64,000 nucleotides of DNA from Thermoplasmata archaeon (GCA_041304525.1 JBFYNF010000045.1:7479-71478), one strand, 5' to 3'. Positions 52,873 through 63,748 are shown, counted from the first letter of the stretch. The notes: generated by a model from the sequence alone, not told the origin. A program made the numbers and translations.

Positions 52873-53958
52873 TCACGCCTCCTTCCAAGACATCCATCTG
52901 CTGGCAAGGATGAAGAACACCAGACCGAGCACGGTCACAATCAGTAGGTTCACGAGTGCGCTCGTCTCGTTCCCGAACACCATGGTGTCCCTGAGACCGT
53001 TGTTCAGGTACGTGAGAGGCATCGCCTTCGAGATTACCTGGAGGTACAAGGGCGATGCGCTCAGGTCCCAGAACGATCCCGAAAGGAACATCATCGGGAA
53101 ACCGATGACATTTGACACTGCGGCCGCCGACTCGGGGTCCTTCACCACAACACCGAGGAGCATCCCAAGACTCGTGAACATGAACGCCCCCGCCACGACC
53201 AGGATGAGTGACACCGGGGTCAGCACGGCCTTGAGATCGAAAGCGGCCATGGCAACTGCGAACGTGACCAGCAGCGAACCGATGAGCATGATCGAATTGA
53301 AGATGAACTTGGATGACAGCCATTCTGATTTCTTGAGCGTCGTCGTGGCGAGGAGCTTGAAGTATCCCCTAGACCTGTGCTCCGCGCATATCGACGTCAT
53401 GAAGTACATCGCGCTCACCATGACGGTCAATCCGACAAAGCCGGGGAGGAGGAAATCATATCCTGTGAACTGTTCCGAACCCGCGAACTGGACCTCGAAC
53501 GAGACTATGGGGCTCGCTCCCGTCAGGTTGTAGTTCATCTGATTTATGACTGCGTCAAGGACGCCCTGAGCAATCGGGAAGGACGAACGTGAGGTGTCAC
53601 CGCAGAGCACGACCGTTGCAGGCAAGGACGATGCCACGTTGGAGCTGAAGTTGGCCGGCACGCGCAGGGCCAAGGCAAGAGAGTTGTCGTTCACGTAGTC
53701 CACGATATCATCCTCGCCCTCTATCATCGAGATCTCGAAGTAGCCCGTCTGGTTGAGTATGTCCAGGAGAGCTGTGGAATACGGGCCCGTGTCGAGATTC
53801 TGAACGGGGAGGGATATCCCTCCGCCGTCGGGTGCGCTGAACACCGCGCCGAACAACAAGATGAGGAGGACCGGGAATATGAAGGAGAAGAACGGGCCAA
53901 TCTTGGTCCGGAGGTACTGTCGGCCGAAGGATATCGTGTCCGAGAGCAGCCTGTTCAT
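52873..53958 (-). CDS. ABC-2 type transporter permease
   Basis: N-terminal cytoplasmic segment and first TM, large extracytoplasmic loop, then 5 TM helices, typical of ABC-2 permeases. Start overlaps the ATPase stop (ATGA). Confidence 0.8.
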   Translation of the reverse strand: MNRLLSDTISFGRQYLRTKIGPFFSFIFPVLLILLFGAVFSAPDGGGISLPVQNLDTGPYSTALLDILNQTGYFEISMIEGEDDIVDYVNDNSLALALRVPANFSSNVASSLPATVVLCGDTSRSSFPIAQGVLDAVINQMNYNLTGASPIVSFEVQFAGSEQFTGYDFLLPGFVGLTVMVSAMYFMTSICAEHRSRGYFKLLATTTLKKSEWLSSKFIFNSIMLIGSLLVTFAVAMAAFDLKAVLTPVSLILVVAGAFMFTSLGMLLGVVVKDPESAAAVSNVIGFPMMFLSGSFWDLSASPLYLQVISKAMPLTYLNNGLRDTMVFGNETSALVNLLIVTVLGLVFFILASRWMSWKEA

Positions 53959-54893
53959 TCCTCCAGCACCCCCTCGTCCATCCTCGACCCTATCAGGCTA
54001 AGAAACACATCCTCCAGTGTCTCACGCCGGGTATACATCTCCTTGTAGCTGACCTCGATAGATGAGAGCTTCGCGAACATCTTCCTCAGCTCGGCCGGGT
54101 CCTCCACGGTTACGACCACGTCGCCGTTCCTGTCCAAAGCGGGTATTCCTCGCCTAGAGAGCTCTCTGAGCCCTTCGGGACCGGCTCCGACCAGCACGAT
54201 CGATGTCTTCTTCCCGTGTTCCGAGACCAGTTGCTCTGGAGCGCCCTGGGCGATGATCCTGCCTTTGTGCATTATGGCGACGTCGTCCGCTAACTTCTCC
54301 GCCTCGTCGAGATAGTGTGTTGTCAGGACCACCGTGGTGCCCCTCTTCTTCGTCTCCTCGATGAGTCTCCAGAGGTCACGTCTTGCCCGGGGGTCGAGTC
54401 CTGTCGTCGGTTCGTCCAGGAAGAGGAGTTCCGGGCTGTTCACCATCGAGAGGGCGATCCCGAGCTTCCTCTTCTCCCCGCCCGACAGGGTCTTTGACAT
54501 GACCTTCTGCCTCTCACCCAATCCGACGAGTTCAAGAGTCGCCGCAATCTCCTTCCTATCCAACTTCACCTCGAACAGATCGGCCCAGTAGCCGACCGCT
54601 TCGAACGGACTGAGCAGGTCGAAGGGTTCGAAGTTCTGCGGCAACACGCCGACGCGCTTCCTGATCTGGCCGTAACCCTTGGAGATGTCAGTCCCGAGAA
54701 CCGTCACGCTGCCGGATGTGGGCGCACGCAGGCCTTCGAGGATCTCTACCGTGGTTGTCTTCCCGGCCCCATTCGGGCCCAAGAGGGAGAACACTGTTCC
54801 TCTCTGGATCGAGAAGCTCACGCCATCCACAGCCATCGTGTCCGGAGGATATCTCTTCTGGAGGTCCACGACCTCCACAACAGGTCCGACCAT
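53955..54893 (-). CDS. ABC transporter ATP-binding protein (ABC-2/CcmA-like exporter ATPase)
   Basis: Walker A GPNGAGKTT, signature LSGGEKRKL, Walker B LLFLDEPTTGLD, H-loop. Confidence 0.9.
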   Translation of the reverse strand: MVGPVVEVVDLQKRYPPDTMAVDGVSFSIQRGTVFSLLGPNGAGKTTTVEILEGLRAPTSGSVTVLGTDISKGYGQIRKRVGVLPQNFEPFDLLSPFEAVGYWADLFEVKLDRKEIAATLELVGLGERQKVMSKTLSGGEKRKLGIALSMVNSPELLFLDEPTTGLDPRARRDLWRLIEETKKRGTTVVLTTHYLDEAEKLADDVAIMHKGRIIAQGAPEQLVSEHGKKTSIVLVGAGPEGLRELSRRGIPALDRNGDVVVTVEDPAELRKMFAKLSSIEVSYKEMYTRRETLEDVFLSLIGSRMDEGVLEE

Positions 54894-55131
54894 GGAATGG
54901 TGGTACTGAATATCACGGCATTATATGTTTCCGCAAGTGCCTTCAAGACGCGCCGAATCCTACATCGTCCCCTGACAAGCTTTATGCGAGCCTTCGGAGA
55001 TATGCCTCTCGGGCCTAGTCAGTAAGCGCACTGACGGGCCGAGGGGGAGGGACGATTATGTCCTGTCGCAGAAGGGATGACAGTGTCAGTGGTATGACCG
55101 TCTGTGTTCGCCGGTTACGGAGGGGAGTCAG

Positions 55132-55878
55132 ATGATCACCTGCTACAGAGGCAGGCCTGAAGAGCACACGATGGTCGTACAAAACGGGAAGGTAGTCATG
55201 CAGGGTCGTGCCCTGAACTGCCTCGTGACAAGACGTCGCCATATACTGGCCATACCAGGTGCGTGCCTGACCGCTCGCATTAGCTTTCCCGCAAGAAGCT
55301 CGGACATGCAGCCGGTCGGGATCGATGGAGACCTGGTCTACAAGGTCGTGTCCCCATCAAGGGCGGCCTCGAACTTCGATTTCTCGGTCGACCCGAAGAC
55401 CAGCGATCACATATCAGACGGACCGGCCTCGCTCCGCAGAGCGGTCATATCCATCACAAGGGACCTGGTCAGGGACGAGGTCTCGCGGATGAGGGTGGAG
55501 AGCATCATCGGCAGAGAGCCGGCTGTCGGCAGGGCGGTGCTCGTCAGGTTGAGGCACTCCTCAAGACTGAGGGAGATGGGGGTCCGTCCGATGGATGTGT
55601 TCATCAAGGAACTGAAAGTGAGTCCCGATACCGCCAGGACCGTCGAAGAGAGGATGGTGCTCAACTGTGTCTCGGGCGAGACGGTCACGCCCGGAAGAGA
55701 CCGCGCAGTTGCCTGGAACCCGCCTGCGGAGGGGGGCTCCCAACACACGCATGACGGTGCATCGGCAGGAATGGAGTGCACGGACAACTGCCCCTTCAGG
55801 CATCTCTGTGGCGATTACAGGAGCGATGTCAGAGACGGGAAGGCTTGGTGCACCCTGTTTCGCGAGTTCTCCACGTGA
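55132..55878 (+). CDS. hypothetical protein (start uncertain; a later ATG near 55306 is plausible)
   Basis: Long ORF; codon bias becomes gene-like only after about residue 60. C-terminal CTDNCPFRHLCGDY Cys cluster. No family recognised. Confidence 0.3.
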   Translation: MITCYRGRPEEHTMVVQNGKVVMQGRALNCLVTRRRHILAIPGACLTARISFPARSSDMQPVGIDGDLVYKVVSPSRAASNFDFSVDPKTSDHISDGPASLRRAVISITRDLVRDEVSRMRVESIIGREPAVGRAVLVRLRHSSRLREMGVRPMDVFIKELKVSPDTARTVEERMVLNCVSGETVTPGRDRAVAWNPPAEGGSQHTHDGASAGMECTDNCPFRHLCGDYRSDVRDGKAWCTLFREFST

Positions 55879-56022
55879 GCGCGCGAGGTGCGTGCGCCAT
55901 ATTGTACGACTCGCGTGCAAACCGTAATCGACCCCGACCAACATCTCGTCCTTGGATGGACCATGCCGGCGCCCTCATGGAGTCCAGCAGATGCTCCAAA
56001 ACCGTTAAGTGCTGCATGAATA

Positions 56023-57582
56023 TTGACCATCGTAGAAACACGTGCCAGTCATGGAGACGACCACATGAGACGGGACAAGTGGACCAGTATCCTGCTTATA
56101 GCCATCCTAGCGCTCTCGATTGCTTGCACCTCGGTAGCCGCTGAGCAGCCGGAGTTCATCCAGATAATCGACGTTGACACCTACGAGAAGACGCTGCGTG
56201 CGGGCGAGTCTGTCACCTACAACTGGACGATACGCAACATAGATTCCGCCGCGAACCTTACAGTATCGGCCGAGGTGCGCTTGGCCAATGACGGATGGAC
56301 CGCGGACCTCAGCACGTACGAGTTCGCACTGACGCCGGGGGAACTCACTTCGGTCACTGCGACCGTGCACGCGCCGTTCGAGAAGGGTGACGCCATTTCG
56401 AACCTCACGGTCGTGTTCGACGTCTTCGAGGACGGATACCTTGTGCAGGTGGCGTCCGTGAGTGCCTCTACGGAGATCCTGGGCGCGTTCGGGAGCGCCA
56501 ACAAGGTCCTCGGGCTCTTCGATAACCCTCTGCCGTCGCCGCTGGACAACGAGTGGGGCATATTCCTTCTCGACGTTGCCCTCTGGCTTGGCATCGCGTT
56601 CGGCATCGCGTATCTCATGGATGCGGTCGCGTACGGGTTCACCCGCAGGACGACGACCATGCTCGACGACATCATCCTCGGGATCGTCCGCACGCCCATG
56701 CTCCTGCTGGTGTTCGCATACGGGGTAGTCAACTCCCTGGATGCTCTCCACGAGCACATACCACTCGACATCCGGGATTTAGTCCTGTCATCTTACAGCG
56801 TCGTAGTCGTGATGGTCATATTCTACCTGGCGTACAAGCTGTTCAAGCAGATCCTGGTCTACTACGGCAAGATGATCGCCAAGAAGACCACGAGCAACAT
56901 CGACGATGTCCTCATACCAGTCGTGGAGAAGGTCGGTGTGGTAGTCATAGGCATAGCAGCACTCGGATATGTGCTGGACATCATGAGCGTCGACCTGACG
57001 ATGTTCGTGGCGGGCGGCGTGGTCATCTCTATGGTGCTCGCCTTCGCCGCTCAGGAGACCATATCCAACTTCTTCAGTGGCATATTCCTCCTGTTGGACA
57101 GGCCGTTTGCTGAAGAGGACATGATCATACTCTCTGACGGCGACTGGTGCGAGGTTCGCAGGATAGGCCTGAGGACCACTCGGTTGTACAGGTTCTCGGA
57201 TGCGACTATGATCTCGCTACCGAACAACAGGCTCGTCAACGACAAGATCGTCCGGGTGAGCAACGTGACAGACCCCGCAAGGGTCAACGTCGACGTCGGG
57301 GTGGCATACGGCTCTGACCCGAAGAAGGTCAGGAACGCCATAACGAAGGCCATCGAGGCGTGTCCCTACTCCCTCCTGAAGGACGAGGCGCGCAAGCCGA
57401 TCATACTGTTCGACAGCATGGGCGATTCTGCCCTGCTCTTCAAGATCATATGCTGGGTCAACGACAACGCCAAACGCGTGGAAGCGAAGGACAATCTCGT
57501 CGAAGAGGTATACCTTAAACTCACAGAGGCGGGTATCGAGATACCGTTCCCGCAGACGGTTGTCACAATCAAGAAGGAATGA
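56023..57582 (+). CDS. mechanosensitive channel, MscS family, with N-terminal extracytoplasmic domain
   Basis: Signal/TM then beta-rich domain of about 150 aa, then TM helices and the MscS pore/beta-domain signature ..FAAQETISNFFSGIFLLLDRPF..GD..EV..IGLRTTRL..D....LPN..L....I.N.S. Confidence 0.8.
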   Translation: MTIVETRASHGDDHMRRDKWTSILLIAILALSIACTSVAAEQPEFIQIIDVDTYEKTLRAGESVTYNWTIRNIDSAANLTVSAEVRLANDGWTADLSTYEFALTPGELTSVTATVHAPFEKGDAISNLTVVFDVFEDGYLVQVASVSASTEILGAFGSANKVLGLFDNPLPSPLDNEWGIFLLDVALWLGIAFGIAYLMDAVAYGFTRRTTTMLDDIILGIVRTPMLLLVFAYGVVNSLDALHEHIPLDIRDLVLSSYSVVVVMVIFYLAYKLFKQILVYYGKMIAKKTTSNIDDVLIPVVEKVGVVVIGIAALGYVLDIMSVDLTMFVAGGVVISMVLAFAAQETISNFFSGIFLLLDRPFAEEDMIILSDGDWCEVRRIGLRTTRLYRFSDATMISLPNNRLVNDKIVRVSNVTDPARVNVDVGVAYGSDPKKVRNAITKAIEACPYSLLKDEARKPIILFDSMGDSALLFKIICWVNDNAKRVEAKDNLVEEVYLKLTEAGIEIPFPQTVVTIKKE

Positions 57583-57604
57583 AAGCCCGAAGGAGGGAAA
57601 CCGG

Positions 57605-58075
57605 ATGGCAGAGGACAAGCCAATAAGCGACATTAGGGTGTCGGATGTGCTCGACAGAGCGGCCAAGACCGTGAGCCCGGCTACCGTGCGCACGGACGCG
57701 ACCTTGCGCGACGCGGTCGATGCGATCATCGTGGACAGTGGGACAAGGAAGGTGTATGTCCTCACAGACGATGGCAAGCTCGCAGGGACCATCACGCTCG
57801 AAGTACTCCTGAGGCACGCAGGATACAAATTCGGTGTGCGATCAGTTGGGATGACGTCATTCCTGAGGATGCTGGCGGAAGTCACAGATGACAGCGTCAG
57901 GGAAGTCATGACCAAGCCGATAAGGGTCTCGAAGGACGAGCTCCTGGTCAATGCCACGAAGCTCATGGTGGAGCACCACCTGAACGACCTTCCAGTCGTG
58001 GATGAGGACGACCGGCTCGTGGCGGAGCTGAACGGCATCGACATACTGAGACTCAGTATCCGCCGCGGGAAATAA
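57605..58075 (+). CDS. CBS-domain pair protein
   Basis: ATG 57605 with GAAGGAGGGAAA RBS. Two CBS motifs (..VSPATVRTDATLRDAVDAIIVDSGTRKVYVLTDDGKLAGTITL.. and ..VMTKPIRVSKDELLVNATKLMVEHHLNDLPVVDEDDRLVAELN..). Confidence 0.75.
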   Translation: MAEDKPISDIRVSDVLDRAAKTVSPATVRTDATLRDAVDAIIVDSGTRKVYVLTDDGKLAGTITLEVLLRHAGYKFGVRSVGMTSFLRMLAEVTDDSVREVMTKPIRVSKDELLVNATKLMVEHHLNDLPVVDEDDRLVAELNGIDILRLSIRRGK

Positions 58076-58322
58076 CGCGCCATTCACCAGGTCGGACGGA
58101 ACAGTTGATCCCACTGTAGCCGGTCCAGCGGAACCGGCTCTGCAAGCGTCCGCGAAGCCCGCGACTGATCCTGGCCAACATCCGCAATAGGCCAGACCAC
58201 GACGATGAGGCCATCATGGAACAGGAGGTTGACACACGCACGAAGACCTAATACACCCGTTCGGGAAGCATATTCACTGGAGCGAGAGCCTCCAATTCAA
58301 CTTCTACGACAGAGCGAGAGAC

Positions 58323-59147
58323 ATGTGCGGTCTGATGAGCATCGGACTTAGACCGAACGCGTCCGTCAAGGAGATGTTCTGCTACTTCATGATGCCAGAT
58401 GGTTCTGTCGTGAGCCTCAAGGATTCGATACCTTTGGACAGGCCGACCATGGAAGCGAAGGGGCTCAGGTTCGACATGCTCGAACCAGAGAAGAGATGGA
58501 AGGTCCACTTCGTCGGTGGGATGGAGAGGACCACTGAAAGGAAGATGAAGAAGAGTCACGTGGAACTGTCCCTCGAGTTCACCGCGCTCAACGAAGCCTT
58601 CGATTGCGGTCCGCGCGCATACAGACACGGGCAACAGGCATCCGAGGAGGTCACCCCGGGCGACCTAGCGCAGGTCGGGAGATTGAGGGGAAGGCTCTCC
58701 ACAGGACTGGACGAATTCGAGATCGACGCCCTAGGTGAGCGCAGACATTCATGGGGAGTGACTGACTGGGCCGCCCCCAAAGGGTGGACAAGGCTCACAT
58801 GCCAGTTCTCGGAATCTCACGCGCTGGTCCTGACCAGGCTCGTGACGGAGGAGGGAACCACTGACGCGGGATTCGTGTTCCAGGACGGAAGGAACATGTC
58901 CATCAAAATGGCCGAGCTCAACGTGAACGTGGACTTCGACAGGAACCCGAAGTCATTCGACTTGACCCTGCACGATGATGAGGGGGATGTCCACAAGGTG
59001 TTTGGATCCGCGGTGAAGAGAGTGGGAATCCATCTCAAGTCCTCCGACGGCGGCCCGGTGTTCGCCTTGAACGAGACCCTTACGAGATACACGATAGCGG
59101 GAAGGAACGGATACGGCATCGCGGAGCTCTTGAGCAAGACTGACTGA
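58323..59147 (+). CDS. hypothetical protein (274 aa)
   Basis: Good codon bias and no overlapping alternative. No motif recognised by eye. Confidence 0.4.
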   Translation: MCGLMSIGLRPNASVKEMFCYFMMPDGSVVSLKDSIPLDRPTMEAKGLRFDMLEPEKRWKVHFVGGMERTTERKMKKSHVELSLEFTALNEAFDCGPRAYRHGQQASEEVTPGDLAQVGRLRGRLSTGLDEFEIDALGERRHSWGVTDWAAPKGWTRLTCQFSESHALVLTRLVTEEGTTDAGFVFQDGRNMSIKMAELNVNVDFDRNPKSFDLTLHDDEGDVHKVFGSAVKRVGIHLKSSDGGPVFALNETLTRYTIAGRNGYGIAELLSKTD

Positions 59148-59168
59148 CCGCTGCCCGAACGGGGAGGG

Positions 59169-61925
59169 TCAGTCCGGTGTTTCGTCGAGCGATTCCAAGT
59201 TCCTCTTGGCCGCGGCCAGAGCCGCATCATCGCCCAGCAACTCTGCCTGTCCGACGGCTTCGACATACCGCGATCTCGCGGCTGTGTAATCCCCACGTTT
59301 CTCCTCGATGTTGCCAAGCATGAGATGGACCGCCACAAGCCCGGCCTTGTCTCCTGCTGCCCTCAACAGTCTCTCGGCGTCCCTGAGCTTGTCCGAAGCC
59401 CCATCCAAGTCGCCTGAACGCTCCTTCACCAGGGCGAACTCGACCTTGGCCTTGGAGCGGAGCACCGAGTCATCCAGTGACTCTGCCATGTTCGTCAAAC
59501 GTTCGATCTCGGCCTCGGCACCCTTCAGGTTCCCAGAAGACCTGAGCAGGCCGATGAGCGTGATGGACAAGGCGACATCACCGCGATCGTATCGCGCAGT
59601 CCTCTTGAGCAGGCCTGTCCTCTTCCTAAGCTCGGGCCTCGACAAGGCGTCGATGGCAATCTCGATTGCCTCACCCGTCCCGCCCTGAGCTCCGATGGAC
59701 TCCGAACACACGGCCTGGAGCCTCTTGAACTCCTCGAGCTCGCCAGCACGCCTGAATGCCTCGGACGATTCACGCAGTAGGGCAGTCATCTCATTCAGAC
59801 GCGCCTGTATCCTGAACAGTTCTGCGAGATTCTCCAACCCCCTGGCCTCACCTGCATGGTTCTTCACCGCATGTGCGAGCCTGACAGATTCCCTCAGCCG
59901 AGTCTCGGCGTCCTTGAGCCTGCCCTCGTCCCAATCGAGCAACGCCAGGTTGTTCATACATGCGGACTGGGCGCCCCTATCCTCACTCTTGCTAGCGAGT
60001 GACAGGGCCTCGGTATACGCCGCCCTCGCCTTTGCGAAGTCCCCGCGTTTCCTGTGCGCACCCCCTATGTTCAGCCACTCGCGTGTCTGCCCGCTCACAT
60101 CTCCGGTCTTCTCGTAGATTCTCAGAGCCTTCTCGTGAGCTTCGAACGATTCCGCAAACTGCTCGACTCGCGTCTTCAACTTCCCAAGCGACTCAAGCAC
60201 CTGTGCTCGTTCCTCACTGCCCTCGTCCTCCTGGAGCAGGTCCAGACAGGATTCGTAATGCCTCGCTGCGGAGGCGTCATCTCCGAGCATCTCGCTCAGT
60301 TGACCCATGTGGAAGAGCGTTCCGACTGACTCGGCAACAGAGGCCGGCTCAGCATTGATCAGTTCGAGATACTCGAGCGTCTCGTGAGGGAACTCGAGCG
60401 ACAAATCCTCGAAGGCATCTGTTGCCACTCGCCTGGCTGAGGCGATATCTCCAGCCTGGATATAGTGATGGAGGCTCTCGATCATCCAGTCGGCTCCTTC
60501 CCTGCCCTCGCAGTACCCTGCGGCCCTCCTGTGAAGCATCGCCCGTGAATCAGCGCCCAGTCGAGAGATGAAGAATTCGCGAAGAACGTCGTGGGTCCAC
60601 ACACCGTTCTCCTGTTCGACCACGAGGGCCTTATCCTTCAGGCCGATGAAGGCTGTGGCCTCTCTGTCAACGATTGCCTCCAGCGGGACTGGATGGCGAT
60701 AGACGGACAGGAGTTCGAGCATGCCACGCTCCTCTGGAGTCAGAGACATGCTGATCTCCCGGTCCATAAACGACAAGATGTCGCCCCTGGACTCGCCCAC
60801 GCCACTCCGGGACATGAGGCTCAGTAGCAATGGGTGACCACGGCTGGCATCCGCAGTCACAGCGGGGTCTTTCGCCTTCGCGCTCTCGGCGAACTTCCTT
60901 GCGGAAGCGTTGTCCAGCCCCGACAACTCCAACGTGACGTTTCCGTCCCCCGTCTTCGAGAAGAACTGAGGCAGCTCACGGGAAATCAGCACCGCCTTAC
61001 AGGTCCCGGAGGCTCTGACCGCTTCGAGAACCACCGCCAACGTCAGGCCGAGTCTCTCCGAAATCTTCTGGACATCATCCAGGAACAGTACCGCGTCAAA
61101 TCCGGCAAGGTCACTCAACAGTGGAGCGTACAGGCCGCCCACCACGGCCCCTCTTTCCCGTTCCTCAGCGGTAGATCGGCGGTTCGCAGACTCCAGAAAC
61201 TTCGACAGCACTGACACGAAGTGCTCCTCTGTGTCCCACGAATGGAAGGAGTACCAGAACAGGTGTTTCCGCCCTGAGAGCTCGTCAAACGCCTTGGATG
61301 CGAGTGAGGTCTTGCCGATGCCAGGGATGCCCCATATCAGCATGACTGACGAATCGCCGCTGACGTGGTTCATGATAGCCTTCCGCTCGTTCTCGCGCCC
61401 GTACAGAATCGGCATCTTCGGTCTGCCAAGCTCAGCCTCGACGTATCTCTCCTTCCTGACCGACGGCACGAGCTTCTTGGAGAGCTCGTCCGATCTCACC
61501 ACATCGATGCCACGAGCTATGTCCACGAGGTCGAGAAAACTGGGCGTGTAGCCAGTGAGTGCGCTGAAATGCTTGAACGCCTCGGCAAGGGTCATCTCCT
61601 CCGCCCGTCCCCTCTCCTCGTAGACCACCCGGGACTTCAGGAGGTTGTCCTTAACATCATTGGCAACCTTGTGCCCCTTCTCCGTCAGAAAGTATGCCCT
61701 CCGCCTTTTGGGGGCGCCGCGTATGTGCGCCAGCCTATCCATGACAACACCATCCGACTCCAGCACGGACAAGGCCCTTGATACGTTATGGACCTGAGTT
61801 CCCAGGCGGTTGGCAATGCCCTCCTGACTTGCGCCCAGGGGTACCTCCGGTTCCGCCCTGTGGCCATCCATCTCCAGCAGATGGAGCATTAGTCGTTCGT
61901 TCTGGGATACAACTGGGCGGGGCAT
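59169..61925 (-). CDS. STAND-type regulator: N-terminal winged HTH, central AAA+/NB-ARC-like NTPase, C-terminal TPR array
   Basis: N-terminus ..LGASQEGIANRLGTQVHNVSRALSVLESDGVV.. (wHTH). Walker A LIWGIPGIGKTSLASKA with Walker B-like VLFLDDVQ. Many TPR-like A..Y..AL helical repeats in the last roughly 450 aa. Confidence 0.75.
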   Translation of the reverse strand: MPRPVVSQNERLMLHLLEMDGHRAEPEVPLGASQEGIANRLGTQVHNVSRALSVLESDGVVMDRLAHIRGAPKRRRAYFLTEKGHKVANDVKDNLLKSRVVYEERGRAEEMTLAEAFKHFSALTGYTPSFLDLVDIARGIDVVRSDELSKKLVPSVRKERYVEAELGRPKMPILYGRENERKAIMNHVSGDSSVMLIWGIPGIGKTSLASKAFDELSGRKHLFWYSFHSWDTEEHFVSVLSKFLESANRRSTAEERERGAVVGGLYAPLLSDLAGFDAVLFLDDVQKISERLGLTLAVVLEAVRASGTCKAVLISRELPQFFSKTGDGNVTLELSGLDNASARKFAESAKAKDPAVTADASRGHPLLLSLMSRSGVGESRGDILSFMDREISMSLTPEERGMLELLSVYRHPVPLEAIVDREATAFIGLKDKALVVEQENGVWTHDVLREFFISRLGADSRAMLHRRAAGYCEGREGADWMIESLHHYIQAGDIASARRVATDAFEDLSLEFPHETLEYLELINAEPASVAESVGTLFHMGQLSEMLGDDASAARHYESCLDLLQEDEGSEERAQVLESLGKLKTRVEQFAESFEAHEKALRIYEKTGDVSGQTREWLNIGGAHRKRGDFAKARAAYTEALSLASKSEDRGAQSACMNNLALLDWDEGRLKDAETRLRESVRLAHAVKNHAGEARGLENLAELFRIQARLNEMTALLRESSEAFRRAGELEEFKRLQAVCSESIGAQGGTGEAIEIAIDALSRPELRKRTGLLKRTARYDRGDVALSITLIGLLRSSGNLKGAEAEIERLTNMAESLDDSVLRSKAKVEFALVKERSGDLDGASDKLRDAERLLRAAGDKAGLVAVHLMLGNIEEKRGDYTAARSRYVEAVGQAELLGDDAALAAAKRNLESLDETPD

Positions 61926-62104
61926 CTCGCAACCTCGAACGAGATTGGTTCCTAATACCCCTTTCGCATGAAATATCCGATTCCGAAAGCACCTGGATGA
62001 GGCATGGGAGGGTGCAAATCAGGTGCAAAACAATCCTCAGGGTTCAAATACCCCGGGGATACCTCGTGAGGGCAGAGACGCCTCAAACAGGAGGTAGGAA
62101 GAAC

Positions 62105-63580
62105 ATGAAGGACTTCAGAGTGAAGACGGCTTTCGCGGTGTCGGCCATTCTCATGATGGTAATGGGCATGCTTGCGGTACCCGCACAGGTATCCGCAGAG
62201 ACGGTCACATTGGACGAGCAGATTGCGACGGAGGATGGTGTCACCGACATACTCGGCGGCGGTGACCACTTCTTCGTCAAGTTCGGAACTGACGCTGCAT
62301 TCGGCATCGTGTGGGGGACCGAAGGGGACGAGAACTGCGTGTACTTCGTCGCAATAAAAGCGAGGTATCTCGGACTCGCGCAGGTCTACAACAGCGATGG
62401 CGAGATGATCGAGGAGAACCGCACCGTCAAGGTATACACGATGTACGCAGTGAAGCTCGACTCTATGTTGGAGTTCAACGACTCTGATGACAACGGTCTG
62501 CTGAACTACACAAGGAGCTACGATGGCGACGCTTTCCTTGACTACACCTACGACGAGACGGTATACAAGAGGGTCGACCTGACCACCGCGTGGAACGCTT
62601 CTGAGGTCATCGAGACCGATGGCGATGACAACAGGTCATGGGAGTTCAGCCTGACAGCGACCGACCTGCCTTACGATATCGTGAACGAGTCCGCTGAGCC
62701 GACCGTCGGGGACAACGTCCTCAACGAGCTCAAGCTGACGTTCCACCTGACTGCGGACCTCGTGCAGTACGACAATGTGTCCCTGCCACAGTGGAGGATA
62801 ACCGTCACGACAGGCCCCCTCGGCAAGATGGTCTTCATGACCGCTGACAGGCTAGAGAACATGCAGGTCACCGGGAAGATCCTCAAGTACGATGTCAAGT
62901 GGGACCAGGAGATAACGGGCTGGGACTACGACCCAAACAACACGAACCCGGCCGTGCTCATAGAGTTTCACAGCCTTGTGGGCAACTTCATCTCCCCACT
63001 CATGGCAACTTGGATGCAGATGAACACCCTGACATACATGAACGCCGTCGGTGTCATGAACTGCGAATCGACCGAGGGTGAACTCGATGTGGACGAAACC
63101 ACCGGTACCCTGACACAGCCCAAGGAGCTGATCAGGACCAGACTGTCCTTCGGGAGCGACTGGACAAGCATCGGCGCACTGACATGGGTCGACAACGTGA
63201 CCGTTGACGGCGAACCCGAGCTTGTGAAGGCTCAGATCATGGCGGGCCATAGGATTGTCGCCATGGCGAAGATCGGCGGCGAGTGGGCACCGTTCACAGG
63301 GTTCGTCGCCCTTGGCGCGTTGGTGTTCCCCGGCGGAACCAGCATCGTGCACGACCCAGTCTTCTCGTCCGAGGCGCTCGTCGAGATATCGACGGAGGAC
63401 ACTACGAGACTGCCAGTGTTCCTGCTCTTGATAGGTGCAGTGGTCATAGTGTTAATCGTGGTCGCGATTGCAGCCGTGACGACCACTGGGAAGAAGGCCG
63501 GCAAGGGAGACCAGGGCTCATACGAGAGGAGCAAGAGCTCCCAGCCAGGTGACTGGTCCAAGTACTACGGCAAGAAGTAG
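62105..63580 (+). CDS. secreted, C-terminally membrane-anchored hypothetical surface protein
   Basis: ATG 62105 with AGGAGGTAGG RBS. Signal peptide MKDFRVKTAFAVSAILMMVMGMLAVPAQVSA. Beta-rich Asn/Thr-rich body. C-terminal TM LPVFLLLIGAVVIVLIVVAIAAV plus a Lys-rich tail. Followed by a hairpin/T-rich terminator. Confidence 0.55.
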   Translation: MKDFRVKTAFAVSAILMMVMGMLAVPAQVSAETVTLDEQIATEDGVTDILGGGDHFFVKFGTDAAFGIVWGTEGDENCVYFVAIKARYLGLAQVYNSDGEMIEENRTVKVYTMYAVKLDSMLEFNDSDDNGLLNYTRSYDGDAFLDYTYDETVYKRVDLTTAWNASEVIETDGDDNRSWEFSLTATDLPYDIVNESAEPTVGDNVLNELKLTFHLTADLVQYDNVSLPQWRITVTTGPLGKMVFMTADRLENMQVTGKILKYDVKWDQEITGWDYDPNNTNPAVLIEFHSLVGNFISPLMATWMQMNTLTYMNAVGVMNCESTEGELDVDETTGTLTQPKELIRTRLSFGSDWTSIGALTWVDNVTVDGEPELVKAQIMAGHRIVAMAKIGGEWAPFTGFVALGALVFPGGTSIVHDPVFSSEALVEISTEDTTRLPVFLLLIGAVVIVLIVVAIAAVTTTGKKAGKGDQGSYERSKSSQPGDWSKYYGKK

Positions 63581-63598
63581 GTGCAAACCCCAGAAAAC

Positions 63599-63625
63599 GG
63601 AGGCCGAGAACGCCTCCATTTCATG
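63599..63625 (+). terminator. hairpin plus T-rich tract between convergent genes
   Basis: GGAGGC-cgagaac-GCCTCC followed by ATTTCATGCTTTCT. Confidence 0.45.
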
Positions 63626-63748
63626 CTTTCTACTCAACGACTTATCGCAACGACAGCTACATGGAAAATGCTCGAGGTCCTGAGAGAGTCGAATCCACTC
63701 TCAGGACCCGTTCGGGTTTCAGAGTCCGTCGACGCACATGAATAGTGC

